IMG/VR virus record: IMGVR_UViG_3300037504_000243
Span: 1-63,022 of that record
Reading direction: 5' to 3' (one strand)
Length of the DNA: 63,022 nt
DNA from: a virus
Taxonomy: Duplodnaviria; Caudoviricetes
Position 1 is the first letter of the stretch; the number at the start of each line of letters is the position of its first letter. The notes below the pieces were generated by a model that was given only the letters and a program-made list of their open reading frames with translations, did no database searches and had not been told where the DNA came from. The position numbers and the translations under genes were made by a program. Of the stretch, positions 38,426-48,250 are shown one piece after another.

Positions 38426-38658
38426 ACCAACCCTTTCTCAATTGCTAACCACTCGGGTACCTCAATCATAACATCCTCATGTGGTTCAACAATATTGTAG
38501 TCCCCATACGTACAGTCCCCACACAGTAAATGTATTTGACTTTTCGGTAACCACACCGGGTTACCACTACCTTCGTCTATCAATACTGCTACTGCATCTA
38601 AGGTGTGAGTAATGAACACCAAGTCGAGCAGTATATAACCATCCTCAATGACTCCCAT
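38422..38658 (-). CDS. Small phage protein (WLPKSQ...PEWLA.EKGL type)
   Basis: Recognisable small phage motif; coupled genes. Confidence 0.65.
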   Translation of the reverse strand: MGVIEDGYILLDLVFITHTLDAVAVLIDEGSGNPVWLPKSQIHLLCGDCTYGDYNIVEPHEDVMIEVPEWLAIEKGLV

Positions 38659-39589
38659 AACTACCTCCTTCTAAATCCCACCTGATCCGTTGCGCCAACG
38701 CCTTGGCCCTGGCTCTACTACTATGCCTATGAACCGCCAACCTTTGACCGCGCTTTGCAATACTAACCCGCCTCACGGTATTACTCAGACATCCGTCAAT
38801 CAACGACAATAGTTGGTCGATATTATCCCAGTAAACCAAATGGTCCTCGTCCACAAAACCATAACCTTGGGCGAAGTCTAACCCCTTATCATTGAAGGGT
38901 CGTTGCGCCAACACTACACACCCGGACGCCATAGCCTCTAAGTACTTAGGGCTTACGTTTCTGTATTCCGAATTGGCCACTACGAAAATCTTTGACCGCC
39001 TCAGTGTCTCGATATATTCCGGTCCTCTGACGACCCCCGTGACTAGCCTAACACCATCACCCACCCCTTTCTCTAACTCCTCCATTACCACCTTTCTGTA
39101 TTTGAATATACTTGCTTGGTTACTACCTAAACATGCAACGTCAATAACCCGTTCACCGTTTACCTCAACCATTTTAAACCGCTCCAGGTCCACGTCAAAC
39201 GGCATGAATGATACTGGTTCCTCGCGTCTCTTTGCAGCTTCCATACACTCATACCACCCCCTAGCAAATATGTGATCAAATCTCACCGTGTCTAGGTAGT
39301 TGTCGTGGTGTTGTTGTTGTCGTTTGTACGGGAAGTAGTCACCTAGTATATGATACCTGAGCTTGGCATGGACAACAGCATCCAATCCCAACCACCCACT
39401 CCACTTGTAATCATACCCTACAACCGCGTCACAAGAGATACCAGGGTGGCGGTGGTCCCAACTACTCCATCCTCTACCTAGGTAGGTGACATCAACATCC
39501 TCCACGTTTGCCAGCTCTTTCAATACACCCCATTGATAAGCTAGGTCCAACCGGTCCACGTTATTATCCCAAGCCACTACCACTTTCAT
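38645..39589 (-). CDS. Glycosyltransferase, GT-B (CgeB/Glyco_trans_1_2-like)
   Basis: YIETLRRSKIFV, PKYLEAMASG, IAKRGQ...H...RA. Confidence 0.8.
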   Translation of the reverse strand: MKVVVAWDNNVDRLDLAYQWGVLKELANVEDVDVTYLGRGWSSWDHRHPGISCDAVVGYDYKWSGWLGLDAVVHAKLRYHILGDYFPYKRQQQHHDNYLDTVRFDHIFARGWYECMEAAKRREEPVSFMPFDVDLERFKMVEVNGERVIDVACLGSNQASIFKYRKVVMEELEKGVGDGVRLVTGVVRGPEYIETLRRSKIFVVANSEYRNVSPKYLEAMASGCVVLAQRPFNDKGLDFAQGYGFVDEDHLVYWDNIDQLLSLIDGCLSNTVRRVSIAKRGQRLAVHRHSSRARAKALAQRIRWDLEGGSYGSH

Positions 39590-39643
39590 TATCTATTCAT
39601 CCTTTCGTATTTTACTTACTTCATATTTGACCATTCAAAACTA

Positions 39644-40147
39644 CTACTTCGGAAGCGATCGATCTTTTTTCCCTGACTTTTCTTGTAGCTCGGATAGAAT
39701 TTTGTCCCTTATTTGCGAACCGTCTACGTATTGCTGAGTAGTAGTTATGATACCATAGCCAAACACCCGCTTAAGCATCTCATCGTAGATCCCCACAAAA
39801 ATATGAACGTGGGCCGGTACAGCTCTTAGACTCATCTCACAAATAGTGATGGCCACTTCAGCCGCTGTTCCTGGCCTGGTATCCGCACTTTTAAGCACAC
39901 GGTTTAACAGCTCGCGACAATGGGGCTTGTAAAGTTTGCGATACTTTGTTTCCATGCGATGTGTCGGAGTTAACAAAGCAAAAGCATTACGCAGCGTTTG
40001 TGCTTGCTCCGGGCAGTCCGCTTGATAATCCCGGATCATACCCTGGGCAAGTTCCATGCACTCCAACGTTCCAGTTAAAGTGTCACATGTTGATCCTTGA
40101 CCGAGTAAGTTGAACGCTCGCTGTGCGTCAAATTCAAGTTTAGTCAT
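39644..40147 (-). CDS. Hypothetical protein (HCRELL.RV...DTRPGTAAEV)
   Basis: AGGAGGAGG SD; inserted between GT genes. Confidence 0.65.
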   Translation of the reverse strand: MTKLEFDAQRAFNLLGQGSTCDTLTGTLECMELAQGMIRDYQADCPEQAQTLRNAFALLTPTHRMETKYRKLYKPHCRELLNRVLKSADTRPGTAAEVAITICEMSLRAVPAHVHIFVGIYDEMLKRVFGYGIITTTQQYVDGSQIRDKILSELQEKSGKKDRSLPK

Positions 40148-40380
40148 GTCAAAACCTCCTCCTTTTTATTGTGTGTGTGAAGGTGAGGACGTTGACCGAT
40201 TGGGGCTATACGACGATCAAACATCCTCACAGGATTGGAACTACAAACCCACTCGAAACCAATCCCCACACACACATTTGGTCCGTTTATCATCTGACTG
40301 GTCGACCTCACCTTTCCAAGGAGGTAACGAGGCAGGTATACCCCACCTCATGACCTAGCTATGCTTTGACCTTTAACTTA

Positions 40381-41754
40381 TTAAGGTTCAGTGGTGGACC
40401 TCACAGACTTAATAACGGACGTATCAAACCTCTCACCGCTCATATCCCTACCGTCAACCATCAACGGCTCATAATACTTTCTGTATATCCGGTCCCAGTT
40501 ATACATCTGTCTGCACCAAGTCTTAGCCACTACCGCCGACTCCTTAGTGGTTAGCTGTTGTATAATTCTAGCCGCCACCGCATCTAAGTACTCCGACTTA
40601 TCAGCGGGGATAAAATGCTGCCACACTGAGCCGAATTCAAAGTACAACGCGTTACCGCCACTGATCTCGATTTGTTGTTGCAACGACTTATTCAACACCA
40701 ACAAGTTCCCACCCAGCGCCGCCTCCGGGACTACCAACCCGAACGACTCGTGGTGAGTAGGGAAGATGAACAGGTTAGTCAATCCAAAAAACTCTCTCAC
40801 CGTGTAGTCAGGTATCCCGCTTTTAAACTGCTCCTCAAACCTAGTCCCTTCACCTACCCCCCTGGTAAACTCGAAGTCCTTACCCCGCTCTAGTCCAAAC
40901 AACTCTGCTAGGTGATAGTACTCATCCATCTCTCGCAAGTGGGTGGTCGCCGTTGCCCACTGGTTAGCCACGACCAGAAAAACATTGAGTCCCCGACGTT
41001 TCATACACCCAAATATCTCCATGACCTCCGGGACTCTTTTGAAAGTCAACCTGTCCTGGCCGGCCGGTAAACACTGGGTTATATCCGCTTGTAAAAAGTC
41101 CGGGTACCTCTGCAGGAAATCTCGCATTTCCAAACTGACCCCGCCACCCCACGACCTTGGGTCCTTTATGTGCGGGACTACCACCACTCGATACGGCATC
41201 GTCTGGTACTTCTCGACAACGTTCATGGCATCGCTTCTGTTGGGGTATACAAGGTAATGACGGTGGGTGAACCGGTCAAACTCCCACCAGTCTTTACGAG
41301 GGTCGCCGGGGATAGAGTGAATCCAATGATACCAAGCTTTAGGACCTGGATCGTTGCCGTCTGAACAAAACTGTTTGTCCAACCCCTCTAACATCTTGAA
41401 GTGCGGGAGGTTCCAACCAGTCAAGCACAGGTCGTGAGTGAAGACTATGTCAACCTCCTTTAGTTCCTCCTTCATTAGCTCAACAGTAGTACCCACCCAA
41501 TCCATATGTTCTTGAGTTAGACCACCTTCCCGTTCATAATCAATCAGGTTTGTTTTCGGTATCACGTCTCGCAACCGCCACCCGTAACTAGCCGCGTCTC
41601 TAGCTGGGTAATGCTTCATGTCTGCACCCTCTTGACAATACACAACCACCTCGTGACTATAAGTACTGAGCATCCTAGCCTGGTCAAACACAATACCAGT
41701 CAGTGAGTATTTACTATCGAAGTAGCTGAAGTTTGTCAGTATCGCAACCCTCAC
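40381..41754 (-). CDS. Glycosyltransferase, GT4/GT-B
   Basis: MRVAILT, FIFPTHHESFGLVVPEA, YNWD.IY. Confidence 0.85.
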   Translation of the reverse strand: MRVAILTNFSYFDSKYSLTGIVFDQARMLSTYSHEVVVYCQEGADMKHYPARDAASYGWRLRDVIPKTNLIDYEREGGLTQEHMDWVGTTVELMKEELKEVDIVFTHDLCLTGWNLPHFKMLEGLDKQFCSDGNDPGPKAWYHWIHSIPGDPRKDWWEFDRFTHRHYLVYPNRSDAMNVVEKYQTMPYRVVVVPHIKDPRSWGGGVSLEMRDFLQRYPDFLQADITQCLPAGQDRLTFKRVPEVMEIFGCMKRRGLNVFLVVANQWATATTHLREMDEYYHLAELFGLERGKDFEFTRGVGEGTRFEEQFKSGIPDYTVREFFGLTNLFIFPTHHESFGLVVPEAALGGNLLVLNKSLQQQIEISGGNALYFEFGSVWQHFIPADKSEYLDAVAARIIQQLTTKESAVVAKTWCRQMYNWDRIYRKYYEPLMVDGRDMSGERFDTSVIKSVRSTTEP

Positions 41755-41811
41755 ATCACACCTCCACCGTAAAATTGGGAGGCAGGTATATTGTATACCC
41801 GCCTCAAGTTA

Positions 41812-42249
41812 TCAATCAAACAACATGATTTCAGCTATCCAAAACCACAAGTCAGACCTACCCACAGGGGAAACTTTAACCAGACCCGCGTCTCTGTCCA
41901 CTTCTATCACCACCACCTTGGCTACAGGCTCAAGCACTATAACCTTTTTAGCCATGATCATCATAGCCAAACTATCAGTCTCACCCTGTAGCGCCAACGC
42001 GTTAGCCAATGCGACCATGCTTTTATTCGGGCCAATGATCGCGTTCTCTCGCGTAAACCTGTAGCTTTGAGCGCTGACAATCGATACCGTCGTGATCATC
42101 AACATCACAGCAACTATACTTAATAACCGTAACTTTATTAAACTCTTCATTATTGTTACCTCCTTATTGTCTGTTTGGTGGAGGTGGCTACAGTAACAAC
42201 AACGCCACTGTAACCACCTCCGGTACGGGGAAAGTGGAAGCCGAGTCAA
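41812..42249 (-). CDS. Secreted/periplasmic protein (probable start 42150)
   Basis: AAGGAGG SD; signal peptide ending VSA-Q. Confidence 0.6.
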   Translation of the reverse strand: MTRLPLSPYRRWLQWRCCYCSHLHQTDNKEVTIMKSLIKLRLLSIVAVMLMITTVSIVSAQSYRFTRENAIIGPNKSMVALANALALQGETDSLAMMIMAKKVIVLEPVAKVVVIEVDRDAGLVKVSPVGRSDLWFWIAEIMLFD

Positions 42250-42295
42250 CAGCTGTTATCGGTAAGGCTACCGTGTCCGTTGACCCACACTATCT

Positions 42296-42324
42296 ATATT
42301 AACAGTATACTATGATCCTGTCAA
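42296..42324 (-). promoter_or_regulatory. Sigma70-like promoter TTGACA-17-TAATAT
   Basis: Perfect -35 and 17-nt spacer; weaker -10. Confidence 0.5.
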
Positions 42325-42650
42325 GCACCTTTTGAGATTTTATCTCGTAACCTCTGTAGAACGTCGTCCACTGCATCCTCATCGCCGACCACTTTTACGA
42401 CTCCCCGGTCATAATCGAGTCGACAAGTCTTGTCTTTCAACTCCGGGTGAGACTGATAGATCAACCCCCATATCAACTCCTTTAACTGGTTTATTTGTTC
42501 GGTTTTTTCCAGTGTCTCGATTCTGAGCTGGTGTAGTTTATTGACTGTAGGTAGTAGCGATTTGAACAAACCTTCGTCCAACGCCACCTCACCCTGTTTT
42601 TCATCTGTCAACAACGCCACCTCACCCTCATCGACATTACAATCACACAT
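42321..42650 (-). CDS. Hypothetical protein
   Basis: AGGAG SD; operon context. Confidence 0.55.
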   Translation of the reverse strand: MCDCNVDEGEVALLTDEKQGEVALDEGLFKSLLPTVNKLHQLRIETLEKTEQINQLKELIWGLIYQSHPELKDKTCRLDYDRGVVKVVGDEDAVDDVLQRLRDKISKGA

Positions 42651-42651
42651 C

Positions 42652-43395
42652 TCATACGCTCCTTTTCGTAAGGTTAAATCCTTCAGTTATTTCTCTAACA
42701 CGTTTTCTCACTCGATCACTGAGCGGTGTGTCGCCGTTGACCATCCTGTGAACACTCGACTTTGACACACCCAACACCTCACCCACTCTCTGGTACGACT
42801 CGTGAAAGATATAGAAATCTCTCAACCTCTCCAGGTCCTCATCCACCTTTACAACCCCGTTCACCACCTCCATTATCTTGGCCTTGATCTCATCCGTTAC
42901 CTCCATACTACCAAGCAAGATACTTCTAGCGTCCTGCCAACTAATCCCCATTAACCACCCCAGTTTTTGTAACGATAGCTTATTCCGGGAAACATAACCC
43001 CGTAACAGGTGGGCTTCATTGGGAGTCGAGTCAACAGGTGTTGAACTCGTTACCTCTACACCTCTATCATCCAACCCCACCATCTCTGATACCTTGCTGT
43101 ACCGTATCAACGCTAAGCAATGCCAAACCACATGGGCCAAATGATGACACCCGCTCTCGCTATCAACATCCACACCTTTCCGCCACTCGACCAGGTGTCG
43201 TTGCATAGCGCCGTAACATTTCAGCCACGGCATTCCCTTCTCCCATTGTCTGGGCTGGTACTTCCCACTCCCAAACTGATACACCTTAACTACTTCCTCC
43301 ATCGCGTCCACTGGTACTAGCTCGTAAGGCAGTTTACCTTCTGTATCTTTGTCAGCGGTACCTATACCTCCACTGTCATTACCATACGTACCCAC
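42652..43395 (-). CDS. dATP/dGTP diphosphohydrolase-like (DUF5664) domain fused to two HTH-like units
   Basis: GKLPYELVP, FG..KY...WEKG, AMQRHL, DSESG.HHLAH; SYQRVGEVLGVSKSSVHR. Confidence 0.8.
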   Translation of the reverse strand: MGTYGNDSGGIGTADKDTEGKLPYELVPVDAMEEVVKVYQFGSGKYQPRQWEKGMPWLKCYGAMQRHLVEWRKGVDVDSESGCHHLAHVVWHCLALIRYSKVSEMVGLDDRGVEVTSSTPVDSTPNEAHLLRGYVSRNKLSLQKLGWLMGISWQDARSILLGSMEVTDEIKAKIMEVVNGVVKVDEDLERLRDFYIFHESYQRVGEVLGVSKSSVHRMVNGDTPLSDRVRKRVREITEGFNLTKRSV

Positions 43396-43406
43396 ACTTA
43401 CACCTC

Positions 43407-44000
43407 TTACTTATCACACGTCCCCACATTACGCCGCCTCTCAATATCCTTGGCCGCGTTAACAATCATCACCCAGTTACTCTCTAGTTCCTCCTCGCTA
43501 AACTCAATCTCATACTCTCTGTAACAAGGACGCTCAGTCTTGTAATCACCATTGATATACAACACGTGGAGCACCGCCTTACTAGCACCGAGCATGTAGC
43601 AGTACGACTTTAACTGGGTTAGATAGTACCAGGCATTGTCATTGTCAATCGGCCTGCGCGCACTCTTCCAAGTAAATTTATACTCATGCACCACCCACTC
43701 ACCATCAACAACTCTAACCCCGTCTGGGCTACCAACCACCTCATCAAGCTCTACCTCACCCGGTCTTATCAACTCACCACCATACCGCTTTGACAACGCT
43801 TCCTCTATCACCTCCTCCCACATAAACCCGCACTCGAACATCAACACTCTCTGCCATACACCATCATCCCTGTACCCCTTCCCGGTCATGGACTCAATGT
43901 ACTTAATTACCTCTGTGAGGTGTGGTCGGTGGTCTCTCGACCTCTCCACCCCACTACCAACCACCTCACCTAGTTCTGTTTTAGTTGTTGTTATCTTCAT
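43407..44000 (-). CDS. PD-(D/E)XK / Cas4-like exonuclease
   Basis: GSPDG, HEYKFT, QLKSY. Confidence 0.75.
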   Translation of the reverse strand: MKITTTKTELGEVVGSGVERSRDHRPHLTEVIKYIESMTGKGYRDDGVWQRVLMFECGFMWEEVIEEALSKRYGGELIRPGEVELDEVVGSPDGVRVVDGEWVVHEYKFTWKSARRPIDNDNAWYYLTQLKSYCYMLGASKAVLHVLYINGDYKTERPCYREYEIEFSEEELESNWVMIVNAAKDIERRRNVGTCDK

Positions 44001-44469
44001 ACTTTATACGCAGTACTATGTTAACCCCGGTTACAGAGTATGACTTGCCAACAGGTTCAATATGCCCCACTGGTTTCCCCAACCTTCTAGCCACCTCAAC
44101 CTCTCGGTTAACACCTTTCGACTCCTCCCAGCCATTGATCCTCAACACCATCAAACAATCTGCCACACCAATCATCAACTCATCCAGTTCCACCCAGTGC
44201 TCGTAACTCTGACCCGTCCTAGTGTCTGCCTGGTATATCCCGTGACTGTGACTAATGGGGCTGAACACCTGGCCATACCCGTTCAACATCAACCACGCCG
44301 CACACCGGCAAGCTTCATAGTACCTGGTCTCTCTCACTGCCTTGTCCGGGTGGGTGTATGGGCTAGCCAAATATATCAGACTCATACTCACACCTCCTCT
44401 ACCTAAGCTGTCGTTGTTCATTGATCTGTGTCGCCTCGCTGAACGCGGCTTCAACAACACTGAACTCAA
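43981..44469 (-). CDS. Nucleoside deoxyribosyltransferase-like (DUF1937) protein (probable start 44385)
   Basis: IYLASPY, FSPISHSH, GWEESKGV..E. Confidence 0.8.
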   Translation of the reverse strand: MSSVLLKPRSARRHRSMNNDSLGRGGVSMSLIYLASPYTHPDKAVRETRYYEACRCAAWLMLNGYGQVFSPISHSHGIYQADTRTGQSYEHWVELDELMIGVADCLMVLRINGWEESKGVNREVEVARRLGKPVGHIEPVGKSYSVTGVNIVLRIKYEDNNN

Positions 44470-44701
44470 CGCCTCGCTTCAACAACACATCCCGCAACGT
44501 ATCCTTGTTCAACGACTCTCGTTCAAACTCGACCAGCTTACGGCCGTCACACTCAGCCACACCTAATCGGTCCATCTCCTCCATCACGTCGTTACGGAGT
44601 GCTTTCTTTTTTTTCTCCAACAACTTGAACGACTTGTCCACCTTGTTGTACTGGTCGACCAACTCCCTCAACCTCTCTGTGTTTTTGCTCACCTTATCCA
44701 T
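44399..44701 (-). CDS. Coiled-coil hypothetical protein
   Basis: GGAGG SD; charged helical sequence. Confidence 0.55.
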   Translation of the reverse strand: MDKVSKNTERLRELVDQYNKVDKSFKLLEKKKKALRNDVMEEMDRLGVAECDGRKLVEFERESLNKDTLRDVLLKRGVEFSVVEAAFSEATQINEQRQLR

Positions 44702-44735
44702 ACCTCCATCTGCCTATGTTAACGTTACGTTACTT

Positions 44736-46838
44736 CTAACAAGAACTATACCCACATTGCTCACACAAATTACAACCACCTACCCTCCTCAAACTCCCCG
44801 TCCCGCACTTAGGGCATATGTCCAACCATCCACCATCGTTACTCTCATCTACTTCTTGATCTAGTAAGTATGCTACCGCATCCGGGATAGATTTAAACAT
44901 CCTGTCAACTCCTGGTATCCTGAACGTTGACCCACAGTCAATACCTCGCAACGTCCTAGCCACTGCTTGGTACAACTCCGGGGTTTGCTGCAACAACAAA
45001 CTCACCACCCGGCCAAGCGCTTCAAAGCTTGAATGCAGTAAACTCCCGCCCTTGCCTGCGATAATAAACAGATCGTAGTCGGTCAGGATAGTGTGGCAGT
45101 TGATCAGCCCTTCAATAGTGACAACCACTCCATCACGTCTAGTAGGTAACGTGTGATTGTTATCTTCGGTCCTCACAACTATCTCCTCACTATCATTGCT
45201 TACACTACCTTTCCCCGCACTAACCACCTGGCCCCGCTCTCCTCTGCACCCGTCTCGGAAAACTGTGACCGCCTTCAACCCTAGTTGATACGCCTCGTCC
45301 AACACACACTGAATATCTTCAACAGTACTCCCCTTGACCATGTTAACCGTCTTACTAATAGCACTATGACAACACTCTTGCATTGCCGCCATCACCTCAA
45401 GCTGTCTATACGGAGACATCTCTAGCGCCGTGTCATCATCACTCACCCCGTCAACCTCAATCTCTACCACCTGGTCCATCTCCCCGCTCTCACCTCGGTA
45501 CCTCCGTTGCACCTTTCGACTGTACAACGGTTCAATCCCAGTGGACCAACACCCGACTAACTGACTAATGCTCCCGGCTGGGGCCTGTACTGTCGTTACA
45601 CTATTAACAACACCGTATTCCCAATACAAATCTATCGCCTTCTCTACCTTTGTCTGCTCCAGCATCTCCTTGAACCTGGTTGTATCATAGTGATGTGATA
45701 CAGCTGACATCGTTGAGAAGTTTTCCTTGGCTATTTCCGCACTCCCCGCAACTGACCCCGCTAGTACCAACCGTTGCACCTCTCTTGCATACTCTACCCC
45801 CTCGCTACTATTATACTTCACCCCGTCCTTGATCATCCTCATATGCAACCCGGTCACACCTACCCCTACTGGTCTGTATAACCTTGTCCTCCTAGCTATC
45901 TCTTTGTCCGGGTATAACCCAAGGTCCAACACTTGATTAGCAAAGTGACATGCCCGCCTCGACTCTTCATATATCTGGTCAAGCTCTACAACATCCAGAT
46001 TCACCGACACTAGGTTACAACTGGTCATCGCCGGAGCCATATACTCTGCACACGGGTTGACCCAGAACGGAGAATCATTTGTGACGGCGACCAAAGGTAC
46101 CGACTCCCGCCTCCCATACTGGTACTCTTCATACAAACCATCTGTCATCAACGGACTACTCTCAGCTTGGTTGTCAACAAACAACAACCCAGGATCCCCG
46201 CACTCCCAAAGAGATTGACAAAGCCATCTATACTTATCCTTGTCCTGCCTTAACGACCACCAGTCATAGACCATAACCGCAATGTTCATATTCTCCCACA
46301 CCCCTGGCTGCCGTTTCCGTTCCACAAACTCCCTGATATCCGGGTGGTCTTGGTCTAACGTCACCATTAACGCACCACGCCTCCTACCGCCTTGACTAAT
46401 ACCTCCGGCTACCGCGTCAAAAATACCAATAAAACTATTCGGACCACCACTGCATCCGTGGCCGTCGCGTATCAACGACCCTCTACTTCTCAACCTTGAC
46501 AAGTCAACACCTACCCCGCCGCCATGTTGAAAGATTTTCCAGGCCAGGTTAACTGCTGACATAATACTTTCGGTCGAGTCATCTACAGGGCCTAAAGGAA
46601 AACAACTGAAATGAGTAGCCTTGCTTTTCTGGCCGGCATTCATTAACACCGGGGACGCGGGGACAATACGTCGGTCCCTCAAACTACCCACCAGGTCACC
46701 ACCACACACAAACGTACTGATAACCCTCTCTATAACCTCATCATAACTAGTCTCCACAGGTCGCCCTTGCCGATCCCGTTTCGCATACCTCTCTCTGATC
46801 AACTCTTCCTGCCACACCTTAACCCCGTTACCGTCCAT
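44736..46838 (-). CDS. nrdJ: Class II (B12-dependent) ribonucleotide reductase
   Basis: SP.LMNAG, SCF, QGGRRRGA, NPCAE, SCNL, SAISKTVN, C-terminal Cys ribbon; no beta subunit seen. Confidence 0.88.
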   Translation of the reverse strand: MDGNGVKVWQEELIRERYAKRDRQGRPVETSYDEVIERVISTFVCGGDLVGSLRDRRIVPASPVLMNAGQKSKATHFSCFPLGPVDDSTESIMSAVNLAWKIFQHGGGVGVDLSRLRSRGSLIRDGHGCSGGPNSFIGIFDAVAGGISQGGRRRGALMVTLDQDHPDIREFVERKRQPGVWENMNIAVMVYDWWSLRQDKDKYRWLCQSLWECGDPGLLFVDNQAESSPLMTDGLYEEYQYGRRESVPLVAVTNDSPFWVNPCAEYMAPAMTSCNLVSVNLDVVELDQIYEESRRACHFANQVLDLGLYPDKEIARRTRLYRPVGVGVTGLHMRMIKDGVKYNSSEGVEYAREVQRLVLAGSVAGSAEIAKENFSTMSAVSHHYDTTRFKEMLEQTKVEKAIDLYWEYGVVNSVTTVQAPAGSISQLVGCWSTGIEPLYSRKVQRRYRGESGEMDQVVEIEVDGVSDDDTALEMSPYRQLEVMAAMQECCHSAISKTVNMVKGSTVEDIQCVLDEAYQLGLKAVTVFRDGCRGERGQVVSAGKGSVSNDSEEIVVRTEDNNHTLPTRRDGVVVTIEGLINCHTILTDYDLFIIAGKGGSLLHSSFEALGRVVSLLLQQTPELYQAVARTLRGIDCGSTFRIPGVDRMFKSIPDAVAYLLDQEVDESNDGGWLDICPKCGTGSLRRVGGCNLCEQCGYSSC

Positions 46839-47556
46839 GTAATACTCTCCTTATACTCTCACTTAAAGTCTTGCCTATCCCGTCAACCTTTTGTATATCC
46901 TTAGAGCTGGCCCTCACTAGCTCTCGCATTGTTTTAAACTCCTTCTCTATCGCCACCGCCTTTAACCAACCAATCCCAGGTAACTGGGCGATCATCCTTA
47001 ACGTATAACTAGGCCGCTTCAACAACACAGTATTACCACCATAACTTCCACTACCTATCACCCTGTACGCAGTATGTTTATCCCAGTCTTTCTGCCACCA
47101 CTCGACCACACTCTCCAACCACCCAGCGGTGTCCTCTAAACTACTACACCTCACCACAAACACCCCGGCACAAACAGCTATACTATTAATAGCTCTGTCC
47201 AAGTACTTCCGGTTAAACGTCCTAGTCCCTTGCTTCAACAATTTCCTGTGATGTACCACCATCCCCGCTTTGTTATAGTACCAACCACCTTCCACGACCA
47301 GGTATAGAAAGTGGTAATGGCATTGCATATCAAGTAGTTGATTCGTCAACCTCCCACTCTCAACACTGTTGATAAAATCTCTCAACCTCTTCCGCTCTAC
47401 CCCCACCATCACCGGACCCTCCGGTCCTTGTCCTTCCCAACAAAAGTCTCCACTCTTCAGCCTCATGACAACCGGGTCCGATAAATACTCCGCAACTTCC
47501 ACACTACCAACCCGATCGTCAACGTAAATAGTACCGCCACCAACGCTACCGCTCAT
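46828..47556 (-). CDS. ERCC4/XPF-type nuclease with HhH motifs
   Basis: VDDR, GDF, VERK..D, LVVEG, LPGIG, VDGIGK. Confidence 0.85.
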   Translation of the reverse strand: MSGSVGGGTIYVDDRVGSVEVAEYLSDPVVMRLKSGDFCWEGQGPEGPVMVGVERKRLRDFINSVESGRLTNQLLDMQCHYHFLYLVVEGGWYYNKAGMVVHHRKLLKQGTRTFNRKYLDRAINSIAVCAGVFVVRCSSLEDTAGWLESVVEWWQKDWDKHTAYRVIGSGSYGGNTVLLKRPSYTLRMIAQLPGIGWLKAVAIEKEFKTMRELVRASSKDIQKVDGIGKTLSESIRRVLHGR

Positions 47557-47572
47557 ATCACCACCTAGACCG

Positions 47573-48250
47573 TTACCCGTATATCAGACTGTTAACCGTT
47601 TCATAATCAATCATCTCGTTGTACAACTCGGTGTCCGCCAACCCCATGTCTTGGCGACAATTCAAGATCACCGCCTTGAAATCACCGTCGTCTCTAGCCA
47701 CCTCGATATTAACCTGGACTAGGAAAGGTATCTCGCTAAACCCTGACATCTGATACTTGTTAGTCCTGTCACCATTGACATAGAGTGGTTTCATTTTGTG
47801 TAGCAGTACTAAGTTTTTGTCACTCTCAAAGAACCGCCTCACCAACTCTCGGTACTCTGCATTAACTGGCCCGTAGTGATGAGGCATTACCTGTGTGAGC
47901 TTCCCAAACCGGGCCATTCTCAATAACTCCCACAACTCTGTGGCCGTATCAATCACAACCGTCCTCACCTGTTTACTATCAAGCGCCCTTTGTATAGCCA
48001 GCTTGACATCCTGCCAAATCGTTTGAGCCTGAACCGGGTCATGGAAATCACCAACACTTTTAACTAGTACCTCCTTCTTGTTCTTATCCACCACCCCCTC
48101 GGTTCCAACATCAATGTCAATCATCGCTATGGGGTCCGGGAATGTTAAAGCAAAGTGAGTCTTGCCACATTTCTCTAACCCCTGGACGTTGACAATCAAC
48201 CTCTGCTTCTTTTCACTAACCGCCTCGAACCCTGTCAGTTTAACACCCAC
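47573..48250 (-). CDS. AAA ATPase (Sak4/AAA_24-like)
   Basis: GLEKCGKTHFA, VVIDT. Confidence 0.78.
   Translation of the reverse strand: MGVKLTGFEAVSEKKQRLIVNVQGLEKCGKTHFALTFPDPIAMIDIDVGTEGVVDKNKKEVLVKSVGDFHDPVQAQTIWQDVKLAIQRALDSKQVRTVVIDTATELWELLRMARFGKLTQVMPHHYGPVNAEYRELVRRFFESDKNLVLLHKMKPLYVNGDRTNKYQMSGFSEIPFLVQVNIEVARDDGDFKAVILNCRQDMGLADTELYNEMIDYETVNSLIYG

Noticed and set aside
32182-41754. Serotype-conversion cassette or T4-type DNA glucosylation
   Set aside because: No multi-TM Gtr/Wzy proteins and no hydroxymethylase seen; disfavoured rather than excluded
42652-43395. Z-genome or deazaguanine DNA modification
   Set aside because: No PurZ or Que/Dpd-like genes recognised
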